A DNA stretch of 60,682 bases, filler included, from Fonticula-like sp. SCN 57-25 (GCA_001724245.1; 4 parts of 4 records of this genome joined end to end with filler, not necessarily neighbours in it), one strand, 5' to 3'. Numbered from the whole stretch's first letter, positions 11,504 to 23,766 are shown. Numbers and translations are program-made. Notes: generated from the sequence alone by a model not told the origin.

Positions 11504-13648
11504 TCATGTGAGTGTATAGTGAGAAAAGGTTGAATGATGCGCGGCTCCTCTCCCGTCGGAAGGCGACGCAGGATCAGAATTTGACGGAAAGAGTCTCCGA
11601 CGAACGCCTCTCGGCGACTCGTACTGCCCTGCAATCGTCGCGTGCTGCAGAAGAATCGCCGCGGACGTCTCGTCCGGCACCATACCCGAATCTGCGGGCT
11701 CTCCAGTTCTATGCGAGTCGATGCTGCCAATGCTTCCAGAGTCGCTGCCGCGCCCCCTTGCCTCAACCGCCCTTGCGTCAAAGTCGCGCTCGAATATCTT
11801 GAGAGCATCGACTGTCGGGAGGTGGTACTCGCCCTCGGGCAGCGACAGGTCGACCGCGACCGTGCGGCGCTGGCGGCGGTACTTTGGCGACAAAAACGAA
11901 AATCCCTCTGACCCGCTGTCCTCGCTGTCTGCATTGTCAGCATCGGCGTTGGGTGCCACCTGATCGACCACGCCATCCTGCCAGAATATCTGCCCCTGCT
12001 CGGCCGAGTCGGCCAAAGGCAAGGGCACCTCGTCCTGCGGCCCGCCATGCTCGTACTCGTCCGAGTCAACCTGCCGCTCGATGACCGACTGGGCGTCCTC
12101 CGTGTCGGATCCTTGAGGCGAAGCGCTGTCGAGGCCGACCGAGCTGATCGACGGCGACATTTCCTTGAACGTGACGGCCTGGTGCGCCACAGAGCGACGC
12201 GTCGCCGACGTCGTGCGCGGCTCAATGCGGTCAGAGAGCACGCTAGAGCGGCGCAGGAGAGAGGGCGGCGTTGACGAGCCACGGCCCACAAACGAACTCA
12301 TCGCCGCATTCGCCGCGGCCGCATACGACTCGACGTACGTGTGAATTCTCGAGTTTTGCGGAGTCGTCGTCGCCGGATCAGCGTGCAGCGCGGCGGCAGA
12401 GGCGCCAGTGGCGGCCGCGGGAGTCGCACCGGTCCGCTCCGCAAGAGGCGTTTTAGTCGTTCCGATCGGCGTCCCCGCAGCCAGTGCCGGGATGGCGTCG
12501 CCCTTGGCCTCCCGCGCGTCGCCGCTCGCAAGAGGGTCGTGAGCGCCCGCCGAGGGGACTTCAGACCCGACCGCGGTCGTAGCGCCCGGTGCAGCAGGCG
12601 GCACGGGCGGCGACTGCGGCACCGGGCGCGGTGTCGTGAACGCAAGGCCAATGCGAATACCGCCCGGGAAAACCAGCTTTTCATACACGGCGCGGTCAAG
12701 GCGGTCGACAAGCATGTCGGTTAGCTTGGCGACGTTGTGGACCGGGGACGAGTGGCCAACAACGGACGCCACTTCAAACTCGATCTCGGGCTGCTCGCGG
12801 AACGAGACGATGAGGGCCGACCCAGAGAGCGACAGGGTCATCTAAAAACGCACAGGAAAGGTCAATATAAAGGCATTTCAAAACACAAAAAAAAATATAG
12901 TGAGCCGCACCGCTCCCTTGATGCTTCGGATGCCCACAGTGAGCTGGATCGGAAGCGTGGCAAAGAGCGTTTTGCCGACGCGGATCTCGAGCTGCGTTTC
13001 GATAGAGAGACTCAGGTCGTCGCTATATTCAAAGTCAACGTCAATGGCGAATCCGCCGGCATTGAATGGGGCGCCGTTTGGCACAATGCGCGCAGACGCA
13101 GCTTTCATGACGGGGAACAGGGCGCCCAAGAACACTTGTGTCAGTTTTACTTGACCCTGTCATGTCACAATTTAGTACTTGCCTCACGCCCAGAGCGCGC
13201 ACGCACAACAAATGAGGGGCGATTGTGGTTGAACGCATGGTCAAGCTCCTCCAGAAGGCGGCTATGGAATTCAGGCGCGATGCGGTAGTGAGCGATGACG
13301 TGCGACAGAAATGCGTTCAGCCACTGGCAAGTCTCGGCAGGGCTCGGCTCGCCCGGTCTATCAAGCGCACAATTCGAGGCGTGCGCAATAAAACGAGACA
13401 GCTCAACACTGTTTATATCCTCTGGCAGCGGGCCCGCTCGAACTGTCGTCGGACGCGGAGGAAAACTCGCGGCCTACAAGTTATGACATGCAACGTGAGC
13501 GTGGGCAGCGATCAAAGCGCCATGCGCGTACGCGTGCTGCAGCCGTGCGCGTTGCCGGTTTAAAAAGCAGAATAAAGGCAACGAATATCAACGACCCGGC
13601 CGTGAGGAGCTGGCCAAGCACGTACATGGCCAGTAACCGGACGTCCAT
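11504..13648 (-). CDS. MMM1: SMP-domain lipid-transfer protein, Mmm1-like (ERMES), with a long disordered C-tail
   Basis: N-terminal TM (YVLGQLL...FILLF); ETCQWLNAFL; DDLSLSIETQL...ATLPIQLTV; SFREQPEIEFEVASVVG...VHNVAKL...YEKLVFP, all matching Mmm1 SMP blocks; about three introns. Confidence 0.75.
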
Positions 13649-13751
13649 CGTTGCGCGGGTCGGCCGGCGGCCTCGACAACTCCCACGACGCGACTGATGC
13701 AAACTAGATCCAGTTTGCCTGTTGTGTGGTCGCCGCTGCGGAGCGGAGCAG

Positions 13752-15109
13752 ATGGCCGAGCCAGTTCGCAAGGCGCTTCAGCGGCGAGTATACTCGCTGC
13801 TGTCGTCGCGGCGGGCAATGCTATTCTGCATTATTGGTATACTTTTTACACTGAATTCGTCGTTCCGCTTTGGTGCGCACGAGAAAGCGTTGCCCATTTT
13901 GAGATTAACACATTTGACAGCCGAGGGGCTCCTGGCTTGGTCCGAGTCTGCGAATCTGCTCAGTGTGAGGCCCTTCCGCGACAACATCGGCGAGACCGAC
14001 TTTCAGGAGCGTCTTTGCTCCCCGATGCCCATTGACGTCGTGTACACGTGGGTCAACGGCACCGACGACCGGTTACAAACTAGTACGAATCCCGGTGGCC
14101 ACGCTGACAGGCTACTGACATCTTTCTGCCCAGAACTCGCCTTTTACAAAGCACTGCTGGCACCCCCAAACATGACTGACATTGATGCTACACTGAATGC
14201 AACGAGTACGGACTCGCTGAGCCCCACGCCGGGGCGCGTCCGTCGCAGCGACGCCTCTCAAATCGACGACGAAGCTCTGCGACAGATCCTCGAGGACGCC
14301 GGGCTTACTTTCCAGGATGAAGATGACGCAGGGTCTCCCTTGGAGGTGGTTTCCGATGATACCTCAGACTCGTCAGACTCGTCTTCCGATGATTCGTCGG
14401 ACTCGTCTTCGGATGATTCGCCGGACACGCCCACGCCGACTGTGGAAGGGTCGAGCAGCGAAGAAAGCACACCGCGTCCCTCGCGTCGTTCGAGCGGTGG
14501 CCGCGGGTCGTCCCTTTCCACGGCGCCGCCCACGACGAACGCGACCGAGGACCACTTTTCGGCCAGTCGCTTTAAAGGTTCGTTTACCCATCTTCCATTT
14601 TGTCGCTGACGCACGGTACCAGACAATGGCGAGCTGCAATATTCGCTTCGCTCGATTGAAAAGTTTGCTCCGTGGATCCGCAACATTTACATTGTAACGA
14701 ACGGTCAAATTCCCAACTGGCTCAACCTGGACCACCCGCGGCTGTTTATCATCACCCATGAGCAGATCTTCCCCAACGCGTCGCACCTGCCGTCGTTCAG
14801 CTCGCCGGCGATCGAGAGCCACCTGCACCGCATCCCGGGTCTCTCTGAGCGGTTCATTTATCTGAACGACGACGTCATGTTTGGCGCGCCTGTTTGGCCC
14901 GAGGACTTTTACACGCAGGCGCGCGGCCAAAAGGTGTACCTTACGTGGCCGGTGCCAAACTGCGCCGACGGTTGCCCGACCAGCTGGATCGGCGACAAAC
15001 ACTGCGACCTGGCGTGCAACACCACCGCGTGCGATTTCGACGGCGGGGACTGCCTCGGACCGCAGCCAGTTCGCACAAGCGGGCGCGGCTCCTCCTTTTC
15101 CTGTACGCA
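13752..15109 (+). CDS. GNPTAB: UDP-GlcNAc-1-phosphotransferase alpha/beta (Stealth family), 3'-truncated
   Basis: Stealth CR1 [15 protein letters not shown]2 [34 protein letters not shown]...[25 protein letters not shown]; Notch/LNR repeat [20 protein letters not shown]...DGGDC; introns 14083-14133 and 14578-14622. Confidence 0.92.
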
Positions 15110-15209
15110 NNNNNNNNNNNNNNNNNNNNNNNNNNNNNNNNNNNNNNNNNNNNTTAATTAATTAANNNNNNNNNNNNNNNNNNNNNNNNNNNNNNNNNNN
15201 NNNNNNNNN
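15110..15209. other. Artificial contig linker
   Basis: N44-TTAATTAATTAA-N44; stop codons in all frames; identical at three places. Confidence 0.97.
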
Positions 15210-15409
15210 ATGAGTATGTATAGATAGAGTATGAGTGTGTATAGTGTGTATAGTATGTGTGTATAGTGTGTGTGTGTGTAGGTGAACACGTGATCAATAG
15301 AGTATAGATATAGTATGATCATAGATAGATATAGTGTGTGTGTGCGTGGATGGACAAAAAATCACAACATAGTCTGTCCGTATGATCACGTGATCAAATT
15401 ACACTCTTC

Positions 15410-15740
15410 TTACCCAATGTGCCTACAACCCAATAGTGCATATTACCCAATAGTGCATATTACCCGATAGTGCATATTACCCGATAGTGCATATTACCCA
15501 ATAGTGCATATGCTACCCAATGTGCCCAACGTGCATATTGCCCAATACTGCATATTGCCCAATACTGCATATGCCTCCCATGCCTACTACCCATATTGCC
15601 CAATAGTGCATATTCCCAATGTCCCTATTCCCCATACTTCCCATATTACCCATATTGCCCATATTACCCACATTACCCATATTACCCATAATCCTTATCC
15701 CACCCCATATTACCCATATTCCCAATATTCCCAATCCCAA
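15410..15740. repeat. Degenerate tandem repeat (tacccaatagtgcatat / cccatatta units), intronic
   Basis: Visible 9-17 bp units downstream of the GTACGA donor at 15747 (minus strand). Confidence 0.8.
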
Positions 15741-15747
15741 TTCGTAC

Positions 15748-17213
15748 TGCATAAGCTCGTTATTAATCCCCACATCACCACCACACGTGTAATATCCCCA
15801 TTGGAAAAATGCCACGTCATCCATTGTCTGACACGTGGCGTCCAGTAATTGGCAGCGTTCCAGCCAATAGGATTCGTTCCCGCCAAGAGTGGGGAGGTAG
15901 TCGGTGCGGATGCGGTCAATGAGGTCGGCGATCACGGGGCCAACTGGGTCACGTGAGAAGGGGGAAAAAAGAAAGAAGAAGGAAAGAAGAAGAAAATAGA
16001 AGAAAAGATAGAAGAAAGAAGAAAAGAAAGAGAATGATGACCCAATAGTGCATAATGACACAAAATGACCCAATAGTGCATAATTACCCAATGTGCATAA
16101 TATGACTCATCACCCAAATGTGCATAATGACACAAAATGACCACAAAATGACCCAATGTGCATAATATGACTCATCATCACCCAATAGTGCATAATGACC
16201 CAATGAGCATAATATGACTCATCATTACCCAATTGCGCATAAACATTCCCTCCCAATATCCCTCAAACCCCCAATAAGATCACGTGACGTACCGAGTGCC
16301 TGCACCACAAGCTCTTCACTTCCCGCCGACCACACCGCGCCAATAAACGCCGGATTCACATTTGTCACGATCGTCTCCTCTGATTCGGTCGACATGTCGG
16401 GCATGAACACATACGACTTGCGCAGCTTGTACTGGACACTCAGTCCGTCCTCGGCAAAGGTCACGTTCTGCTTGGTGTTGTTGACGCGGTAGGTCCAGGG
16501 GCCGAGTTCCTTGTAGATCGGGAGGGCGCCGTTGAGGACATCATCGGGCTGAAGAAGAAAAGGTAAGTGGAAAGTAAAGGGAAAGTGAGGAAAAATGGCG
16601 AATTTGGACCAAATTGAGTCAAAAATGAGGCAAAAAGTGACAAAAATGGGGCAAAAATGAGAGAATCAGATGAAATCAGGAGAAATCAGAGACAATCAGA
16701 CAAGGTAAACAATGGAAAGGGTAGGGCACAGAGAGCAAAAACACTACATAAGAAAGCTCACTGTACATAAATGCACATAATTACTACAATTTCCATATTC
16801 ATTTCCTTTTTGACGCGATCTTTCCCTTTTTTCTTTGCCCCCCATCCCATCCCATTCCATCCCATCCCAATCCAATGCGCACGTTGGTCATGTTGAAGAG
16901 GTAGAAGAGCTCGTACTGAGGCGTGGACGCCGGCGTGGCGTCGGCGATCCACGCAGACTGCCAGAAGGGATAGAACGGCGAGCTCTACATCACGCAGATC
17001 GCAGTCAGATTTCGTCTTTCGGCATCCCCATCCCCGCCCTTGACCGCGTCTTCGTACCGTCGAGTTGACAAAGTTTTCGCTGACGACCATTTCAGACATG
17101 AGAGGCGACGCGATCAGCCAGATCGAGCCGAGAAGGCCCATCAGGACCGCGCCGGTGAGGATGGTGCATCCGCAGCACCAATATGCGTAGTTGGCGCAGC
17201 ACTTTTTCGCCAT
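15748..17213 (-). CDS. CD36/LIMP-2 (SCARB/Lmp) family lysosomal or scavenger membrane protein; 3' end unresolved or truncated
   Basis: N-terminal TM. Spliced exons give FYLFNMTN|PDDVLNGALPIYKELGPWTYR...KQNVTF...YVFMPDMS...IVTNVN, the CD36-family signature. Long repeat-filled introns. Confidence 0.85.
16036..16240. repeat. Degenerate tandem repeat (atgacccaatagtgcataatgacacaaa), intronic
   Basis: Repeated units between CD36 exons. Confidence 0.75.
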
Positions 17214-17274
17214 GATGGTCAAGGCGCGCCTCCCCGCAAACGGGACCGGCCGGTAAGAAGTAAAGTCGACTGCT

Positions 17275-17489
17275 GATTGGTGGAAAACTGGATCGGAGAG
17301 AGATGATTGGTTAAGAGGTTCAATTGCGCGATTGGTGGAAAGCGAAGGAAAAAAGAAGGTGATTGGATGATTGAAATAAAAGACGCGTGTGATTGGATGA
17401 TGAAGAGAATCGATGGATGTGATTGGACGATCAATGATGCACGCAAATGATTGGATGATAAATGGACGCGATTGCGTATGATTGGATGA
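17275..17489 (-). promoter_or_regulatory. Array of eight CCAAT boxes at ~30 bp spacing upstream of the CD36-like gene
   Basis: GATTGG at 17275, 17305, 17330, 17361, 17391, 17421, 17449 and 17480, with non-repeated spacers. Confidence 0.65.
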
Positions 17490-17703
17490 AATTCAACGTA
17501 AATTCGCTTATCTCATTTGATCAACTTTTGCTCGATTTCGTTCAATTTTAGCTCAATTTTGCTCAGAAAAACATGGTTTTTGCTGGTTTTCCCCTATGTA
17601 TATCATAGCAAAAGAGTACTTATGGATACAGGCATACGGATATCATTATGAAACAGACGAAAATGACAAGAAAAACAGACCGAAATGCGTCGCCAAAAAC
17701 ACT

Positions 17704-19567
17704 CTAATAAGGACGGAACTTGCGGGCGGCGCGCATGCGATCCACCTTTTGCTTGTCCTCTTCAAACTTGCTTCGCAACTCGGCCAGTTCTAATATGAAG
17801 TGTCAGTGGCAGATACAAAAGAAGGCAAGAGTCAAAGTGGACACAGAAACACATTTTGATTCCCGCCAATTTTAGATATGACAATAATCACTTCTGAATC
17901 ACATTGAACAACCTATTACTTTATGATTCACGAACAATTCCCTTATGATTCACATGTAATTGACACATAATTCACATATGATTCACATGTAATTCACATA
18001 TAATTCACATATAATTCCCTCATGATTCCCTTATGATTCCCTTATGATTCACATAGACATTTCCTCCCTTTCATCAACCAATTCCAACAATATCCCTCTA
18101 ATTCACAACAAAGACACTTCTGATTCCCATTATTCCCTTCTGATTCCTTCTGATTCCCATTTTCCCTTTCATTTTCCCTTCCCCTTTCCTTCCCCTCTCG
18201 TACGGTCCCTCTTGGCCTGCCTCACCTGGAACCGATAAAAGTCATTCATCCCCGCCGACGCCGCCTTGGCCTTTCCTTCCAATCTGATATTCCCACCATA
18301 TTCAGTCACGCGTTCGATTCCCGCCGTCCCCCAAAAACCCAAAACGCACTTTTTTAGCGCCTTTTTCGACGCGATTGCGACGCCGGCGTCGGTTGGGCGG
18401 TGCCGCGAGACGAGCGTGAAGCCGTCGTCGTCGGGCTGGGCGGCGCGCGCGCGGGCGGCGAAGCGCTCTTGGTCGAGGCGGCGGTCGTGGGAGGACATGA
18501 AGAGGTCGGCGCGGGAGAGGAGGTCGGCGGCGTCGAGGCGGCGGGATTCGTAGGATTGGAGGTAGCCTGAAGAGGGCGGAAAGTGAGTGAAAAGTGAGTA
18601 AAAAGAGGTAAAAAGTGGTAAAAATGGGTCAAAAATGAAATAAAATCATAAAAAATGAGTCAAAATGTGACAAGAGTCTGTCAAGTATACTGCCAATAAT
18701 ACAGTCAAGTACACTGTCAAATATACTGTCAATTACACTGTCAATTACACTGTCAATTACACTGTCAAATATACAATAAGACACAACAATATACTGTCAA
18801 ATACTCACAATAGAGTAAAAATACTCTGTCAATAATACTATCTACAGTTCACCCTATGATCTTCCCTTCCTTGTCCCCTCTCCGGCATCATCCCGATCAC
18901 GCACGCATGACTGCCCCCCCGCTAATGCTTGAAATGTCGTCCTGCTCGCTCTCGACGAGCGTCCTCTCCTCCTGCCCCCACTGGAGCACGCTCTCGACGC
19001 TCTCCTCCGACGCCATCCCGACGATGGCGAACGCGCCCCTCACCCTGAGCGCGGCGCCATCCGCGCGGCGATGCGCCATTGCGGGATCGCACAGGCCGCC
19101 CAAAAGTGCCCGCGACGCGAGCGAGGCCGGCGGCGCGAGGAAGGTGGCGGCGCGCTCGGCATCGCGCGCGGCATCGCCGAGGACGCCAAAGGTGACATCG
19201 GTGACATGGGAGGGGCCAAAGAGGAGCGTCAGGGATGATGACGAGCAGAGAGCGGGGAGATTCGTCACGAAAAGAGCGGCCTGGGAAGCAAGAGTGAGAA
19301 AAGAGGGGAAAGAGCGTGATGACGTACGGCCGGGGAAGGCGCATCGGCGGTCGACTTTGACTGATGCCGCCGAACGTAGAGGGGATGCGTGCCGGATCCC
19401 GCGAGGGCAGTGCGAACGGGAACGACCATGTACCCGCCAATGCGATCAAGCGGCGACCGCGTGGGAGCCTTCTTGGGAGTGGCCTGAGCCTTCTTGGGCG
19501 TCTGCTGTGCCTTTTTTGAGGGCGTCTTGGACGGCGTGGAAGAGGCGGGGCGCATGGCCGTCGGCAT
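17704..19567 (-). CDS. RRP7: Ribosomal RNA-processing protein 7
   Basis: Motifs HPLYVRRH, SLFVTNLP, PDDDGFTLV, NDFYRFQVRQAK and LAELRSKFEEDKQKVDRMRAARKFRPY*; several introns, two of them expanded with repeats. Confidence 0.92.
17940..18060. repeat. Intronic tandem repeat (attcacat / gattccctt units)
   Basis: Visible ~11-bp units in the last RRP7 intron. Confidence 0.75.
18678..18832. repeat. Intronic 12-bp tandem repeat (actgtcaattac)
   Basis: Multiple near-perfect units in an RRP7 intron. Confidence 0.85.
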
Positions 19568-19587
19568 CGCACGCGGCGTGGTCAGAG

Positions 19588-19629
19588 TGCAAACTGAGCA
19601 AGTTTGCGTGGATCAGTTTGCAGTTTGCG
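19588..19629. promoter_or_regulatory. GCAAACT/AGTTTGC motif cluster upstream of RRP7
   Basis: TGCAAACTGAGCAAGTTTGC inverted pair followed by CAGTTTGCAGTTTGC. Confidence 0.45.
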
Positions 19630-20087
19630 TACTTGCATCAAGATCGCTGAATGGCACTGTATGATCTGCATCGAGGCTGGAATCAGGCCAAGAATCATAT
19701 TGCTGCTTGCAATAACAGCAGCAATGTATGGCAAGTAATGAGTTATAGTAGGAATCACATTTATAGTAGCATCGAATAACTATCTATGTGCATGTGATCA
19801 TCGATGGCGTCTTGCACTGACGATCATAAAAAGCACACTCTATAGCAGCACACTGTACAACACTATGTCAATGATGATGCACACTCAATACAGACAAGCA
19901 TATAATACAGCATTATTTCATAATGGAACACTGTTTCATATTTCCATTCTATTTGTTCTTTCCCGCCACTTTCTTTAGTCGAATCACTTTTATTGCCTCT
20001 TTCTCATCATTTTTCATCATTTTTCATCAATTTTCATCGCTTTTTCACCCTTTTTTCTTGCTTTACCCACTCTTTCCTCTCTCCTCT

Positions 20088-21510
20088 CTATCGTATCCTC
20101 CTCACCGCCGCCTGCGCCTCCTTAATCTGAGCCTTCAGCACCCTCGTCTCCTCCTCCCACCTCCTCCTCCTCTCCTCCGCCTCCCTCGCGATCCTCTTCC
20201 CCTGCTCCGCCAGCCTCAGCTCCCGCTCATGAAGCGCCTTTAACCTCGCCACGGCGCCTTCCCCGACGTCCTCTTTTTCTTCGCGCTCCTGATTGCCGCT
20301 CATCTGCGCCATCGCGGCATCCACAACGGCCCCGATGATCGCCGCCTCCTGATCCTCATCTAGGCCGGGGAGATCGACCGCGGCGTTGACCGACTTTATT
20401 ATTTGCGCGCGAAGGTGAGCGATGCCAGCGGGGGTTTGCTCGGCGGCGGCGGCGGAGAGCGCCATGCGCCAGTCGGGGGGGATCGCGCGATCGACGTGGG
20501 CGCCGATCGAGGAGATGGCGGTGGTGAGGAGGGGGGCAGGGATGAGGCGGAGAATTGGGTCGCGCTCAAGGGTGGTGAGGAGAGACTAGGAAAGGAAAGT
20601 GAGTGAAAAGGGGAGAAAAAGGAGAGAAAAGTAGAGAAAAGTGGAGAAAAGTGACATAAAATGACATAAATGACACAAAATTGACACTTTTTGGTACAAA
20701 ATTGCAATAACCAAAATGACAAAAATTAACCTAAAATGACTCAAATTGACACAAATTGACACAAATTGACACAAAATGGACATATTTTGGTTCAAATAGA
20801 CACAAACTATCCACACACTCCCAGCCCCACTTGCCCCCCCTTGTACGTACATTTCTCTGCTGCGGATCGATGATCATTGACGCGCCCTGCTTCGCCCCCT
20901 TCACGACCACGTCCGCCGCCCTCGCCTTGAGCATCACGTCCGAATTAAAGTACGAAAACAGCGACAGCAGCGCGATCTCAAACAGCACGCCCTCCTGCTC
21001 CTCGTCCAGCAGCGGCAGATCGACCGCGACGTTGATCTCGTGCGCGAGCTTCTTCACAAGCGTGTTGAGGCGCTCGCCGTGCAGCTGATCATTCAGCGCG
21101 CGCTGCACATCCTCGTGATGCGATGACGATACGCCGCGGGAGAGGAACTCGACAGTCGTGTAGAGGCATCGCGCGATGACGAGCTCGGCGACAGAGGGGG
21201 GGAGGAAGGAGAGCGAGATCTTGGAGCTCACGCTGCGAGCGACATCGCTCATCTGCTCGGGCGAGAGGAGAAGAGAGGTGCGAAGGGGGGGGGACTTGGG
21301 GATCAGGCCAATGTCCTCGGGGCGGATCATGCCGGATTCAAAGGCGTACCCGACGCCGGCAGATGTCACGCCGGCGACCGTGGCGAATCGAAAGCGACGC
21401 GCCATGTTAGACATAAGGGAGGGCGTCGTGGGGGTGGAAGAAGATGTCGACGCCGATGCGGTCGTCGACATGGTCCGCGCAAGGCGGCTGGCCAGCACGC
21501 GCAGCATCAT
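20088..21510 (-). CDS. Hypothetical protein, probably mitochondrial, with a repeated VDLPxLDExQE motif and C-terminal coiled coil
   Basis: Arg-rich presequence-like N-terminus; intron 20586-20850 joins the two ORFs in frame; motif occurs twice. Confidence 0.75.
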
Positions 21511-21540
21511 GCCGAGAGATCGCGCGTCTCACGAGGAAAA

Positions 21541-21592
21541 TTGGCGGGAAAGATCAATGCCGTGACGTCACTCAATTTGGTATGTGACGTCA
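21541..21592. promoter_or_regulatory. E2F-like site plus two CRE palindromes
   Basis: TTGGCGGGAAA at 21541; TGACGTCA at 21563 and 21585; 30-80 bp upstream of ATG 21510. Confidence 0.45.
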
Positions 21593-21822
21593 TCATTTTG
21601 ATCGATTCGTTTACGGCAGATTTATGGCCAATGCAAGTGTGCAGTTCAAAGCCAGATATTAGACTTGGACCTTTGCGGGAAAAGAGGACAAACATGTAAA
21701 AGGCAGAACAACTATCTATTCTGACCATGCAATATGAAACCAGGGTACATTTTCGACCAATGACAACGCGCATCGCTACGCGACCCACCAATCACAAATG
21801 CTCCCACGAGGGCTTCACCTTC

Positions 21823-22609
21823 TTAGGCGGTGCCGCAGTCGGTGATCTTGATCTCCTTGGAGGTCTTGCCCGAGGCCGAGCCGAAGGACTCGATCTGCTG
21901 GACGAGGGGCATGCCGTCAACGACCTTGCCAAAGACGACGTGCTTGTTGTCGAGCCACGAGCAGGGCACGAAGGTGATGAAGAACTGCGAGCCGTTCGCT
22001 GCGCGGAATCAGCATATGCAAACTGCAAACTGAGCATGGACGTACTGTTGGGGCCGGCGTTGGCCATGGAGAGGAGGCCGGGCTCGGTGTGGCGCATCTT
22101 AAAGTTCTCATCCTTGAACTTCTCGCCGTAGATGGACTCGCCACCAGTGCCGTTGCCCTTGGTGAAGTCACCACCCTGGGCCATCTGTTTCATCACAAAC
22201 CGACGCCGTCAGCGCCGTGCATGGAAAGTGGGGGGCGACACGTACGAAGCCAGTGATCACGCGGTGGAAGATCGAGTTCTTGAAGTGGAGGGCCTTGCCC
22301 GACTTGCCAACGCCCTTCTCGCCAGTGCTGCGCCGCGAGGTTAACATTAAGCAAAAAGCGATAAAAGTGCGTACCAGAGAGCCTTGAAGTTGGCGGTGGT
22401 GGCGGGGACAACATCATCGAAGAGCTCGAAGGTGATGCGGCCAGCTATCGAGGAAAAAAGGGGTGCTTAGCCAATGGCCACGGAACACGAAAAAATCAAA
22501 ACGTACCGGCCTTGCTGTCAATAGCAATGTCAAAGAAGACTAACGTACATCCAGTTTAGCTAATTAAACGCGTGAAAAGTGGGAGCGTACCGCGCGAGCG
22601 GGTAGCCAT
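21823..22609 (-). CDS. Cyclophilin A-type peptidyl-prolyl isomerase (divergent-loop GKSGKALH type)
   Basis: Six exons spell [41 protein letters not shown] and [10 protein letters not shown]. Confidence 0.95.
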
Positions 22610-23029
22610 GGTGATCTTTCTTAGCCTCGGTGAGTAGGGAAAGGAAAGTGCGTTTGTTCAGTGGGAAAAAGGAAAAAACGGTTCAAGCTAAACCGATTGT
22701 GATTGGCTGAGGAGAATATTCAGGGAATTTCGGTAATCTCGGTAATCTTACGGAAATCTTGGTAATCTTGAACAAACGAAGCAATGGAGCAATTGAATGG
22801 AGAAAAAGCGGGCAAATACAAAGTGGAAACAAAAAATAACAGTAATAAAAAAGGTAAACTGTTTAGCCATTTATAACTTTATGATTGATGCAGTCGACGT
22901 TTTCTTTCCGCTGGTCCCAAAGTCTGCATATCTAATGTACATTGCCAAACAATACAACAAAACCAAAGCGAGATCAAAATTATAAACATGCGCGTCATTG
23001 TGCGTGGCCGCATTTACTTGCAAAAAAGC

Positions 23030-23607
23030 TCAGTTTGCCGTGACCGCCACCTTTGCCTTTGCATAGAACCGGCTGTCCTGCGCCACATCCAGCGGGATCA
23101 CATCCGCCTCATACTCGGGCTTCGGCATCACCCCGCCGACCAACGTCGCCTCGCCGCTCTCCCCGAAAGAGATCTCTGTCGGAAGAGGAACAAATTCGAT
23201 CGAGTCGGCCTCGGGGACGATGATGACGCGCTCATACCGAGGCAAGGGAAAGGAGTCTTCGACGTCGAGGCGGTCGAGATCAGGCGATTCCTGCGCGGGT
23301 TGGACGCTCGTTAGCACGCCAAATACAAAACGAAAAAGTACGCACAAAGGAAAGCGATTGAGGGGAAAAGTTGACTTTAACGGCGTCGCGCGTGACCACC
23401 TGCGACAGGCCCGCGAGCGGAATGCGAGCGCGCGGCTTCTCCTGCAGAGATCGACAGAGGGTCAAAACAAGGTCTTTCCACTCATAATAAGCGTACGCGA
23501 AGGGTGACCGTTCCTTTCCAGTTCGGCACGTTCAATTCATCCGCAGAGTCATCTCCCCTCTTCTTCTTCTTCGGCCTGGCCTTCGTGATGGCCCGAAACG
23601 CGTCCAT
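23030..23607 (-). CDS. Hypothetical protein (NLS-like RPKKKKR)
   Basis: Three exons joined in frame by GTACGC/GTGCGT...CAG introns; no family recognised. Confidence 0.55.
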
Positions 23608-23766
23608 CGTCCCGCCGCCCTGTTGATTCCAGGCAAATCAAAGAACAGCGACCAATCAGGATACGCTAAAATAGTATTGGCCAATCAACGATGCGAGCTA
23701 TAGTGACGTCAAAATCACAAATTGTGCTCTTTACTTTTTCCCTGCTGCCTCGTTGTGTGATACACG

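Noticed and set aside
15154-15165. TTAATTAATTAA palindrome within N runs (also 30362 and 45545)
   Set aside because: Identical synthetic six-frame-stop spacer. Flanking contigs are 15109, 15108, 15083 and 15082 bp, consistent with size sorting.
15210-15345. TG/TA-rich tract at the contig start as a possible telomere
   Set aside because: Irregular microsatellite with no fixed telomeric unit.
15504-16156. ORFs in low-complexity sequence (HIT/MGN repeats)
   Set aside because: Mostly intronic tandem repeats; only the ~15748-15945 segment behaves as a CD36 exon.
17275-17489. CRISPR-like repeat-spacer appearance
   Set aside because: The repeat is only 6-10 bp, the context is a eukaryotic promoter and there are no cas genes; better read as CCAAT boxes.
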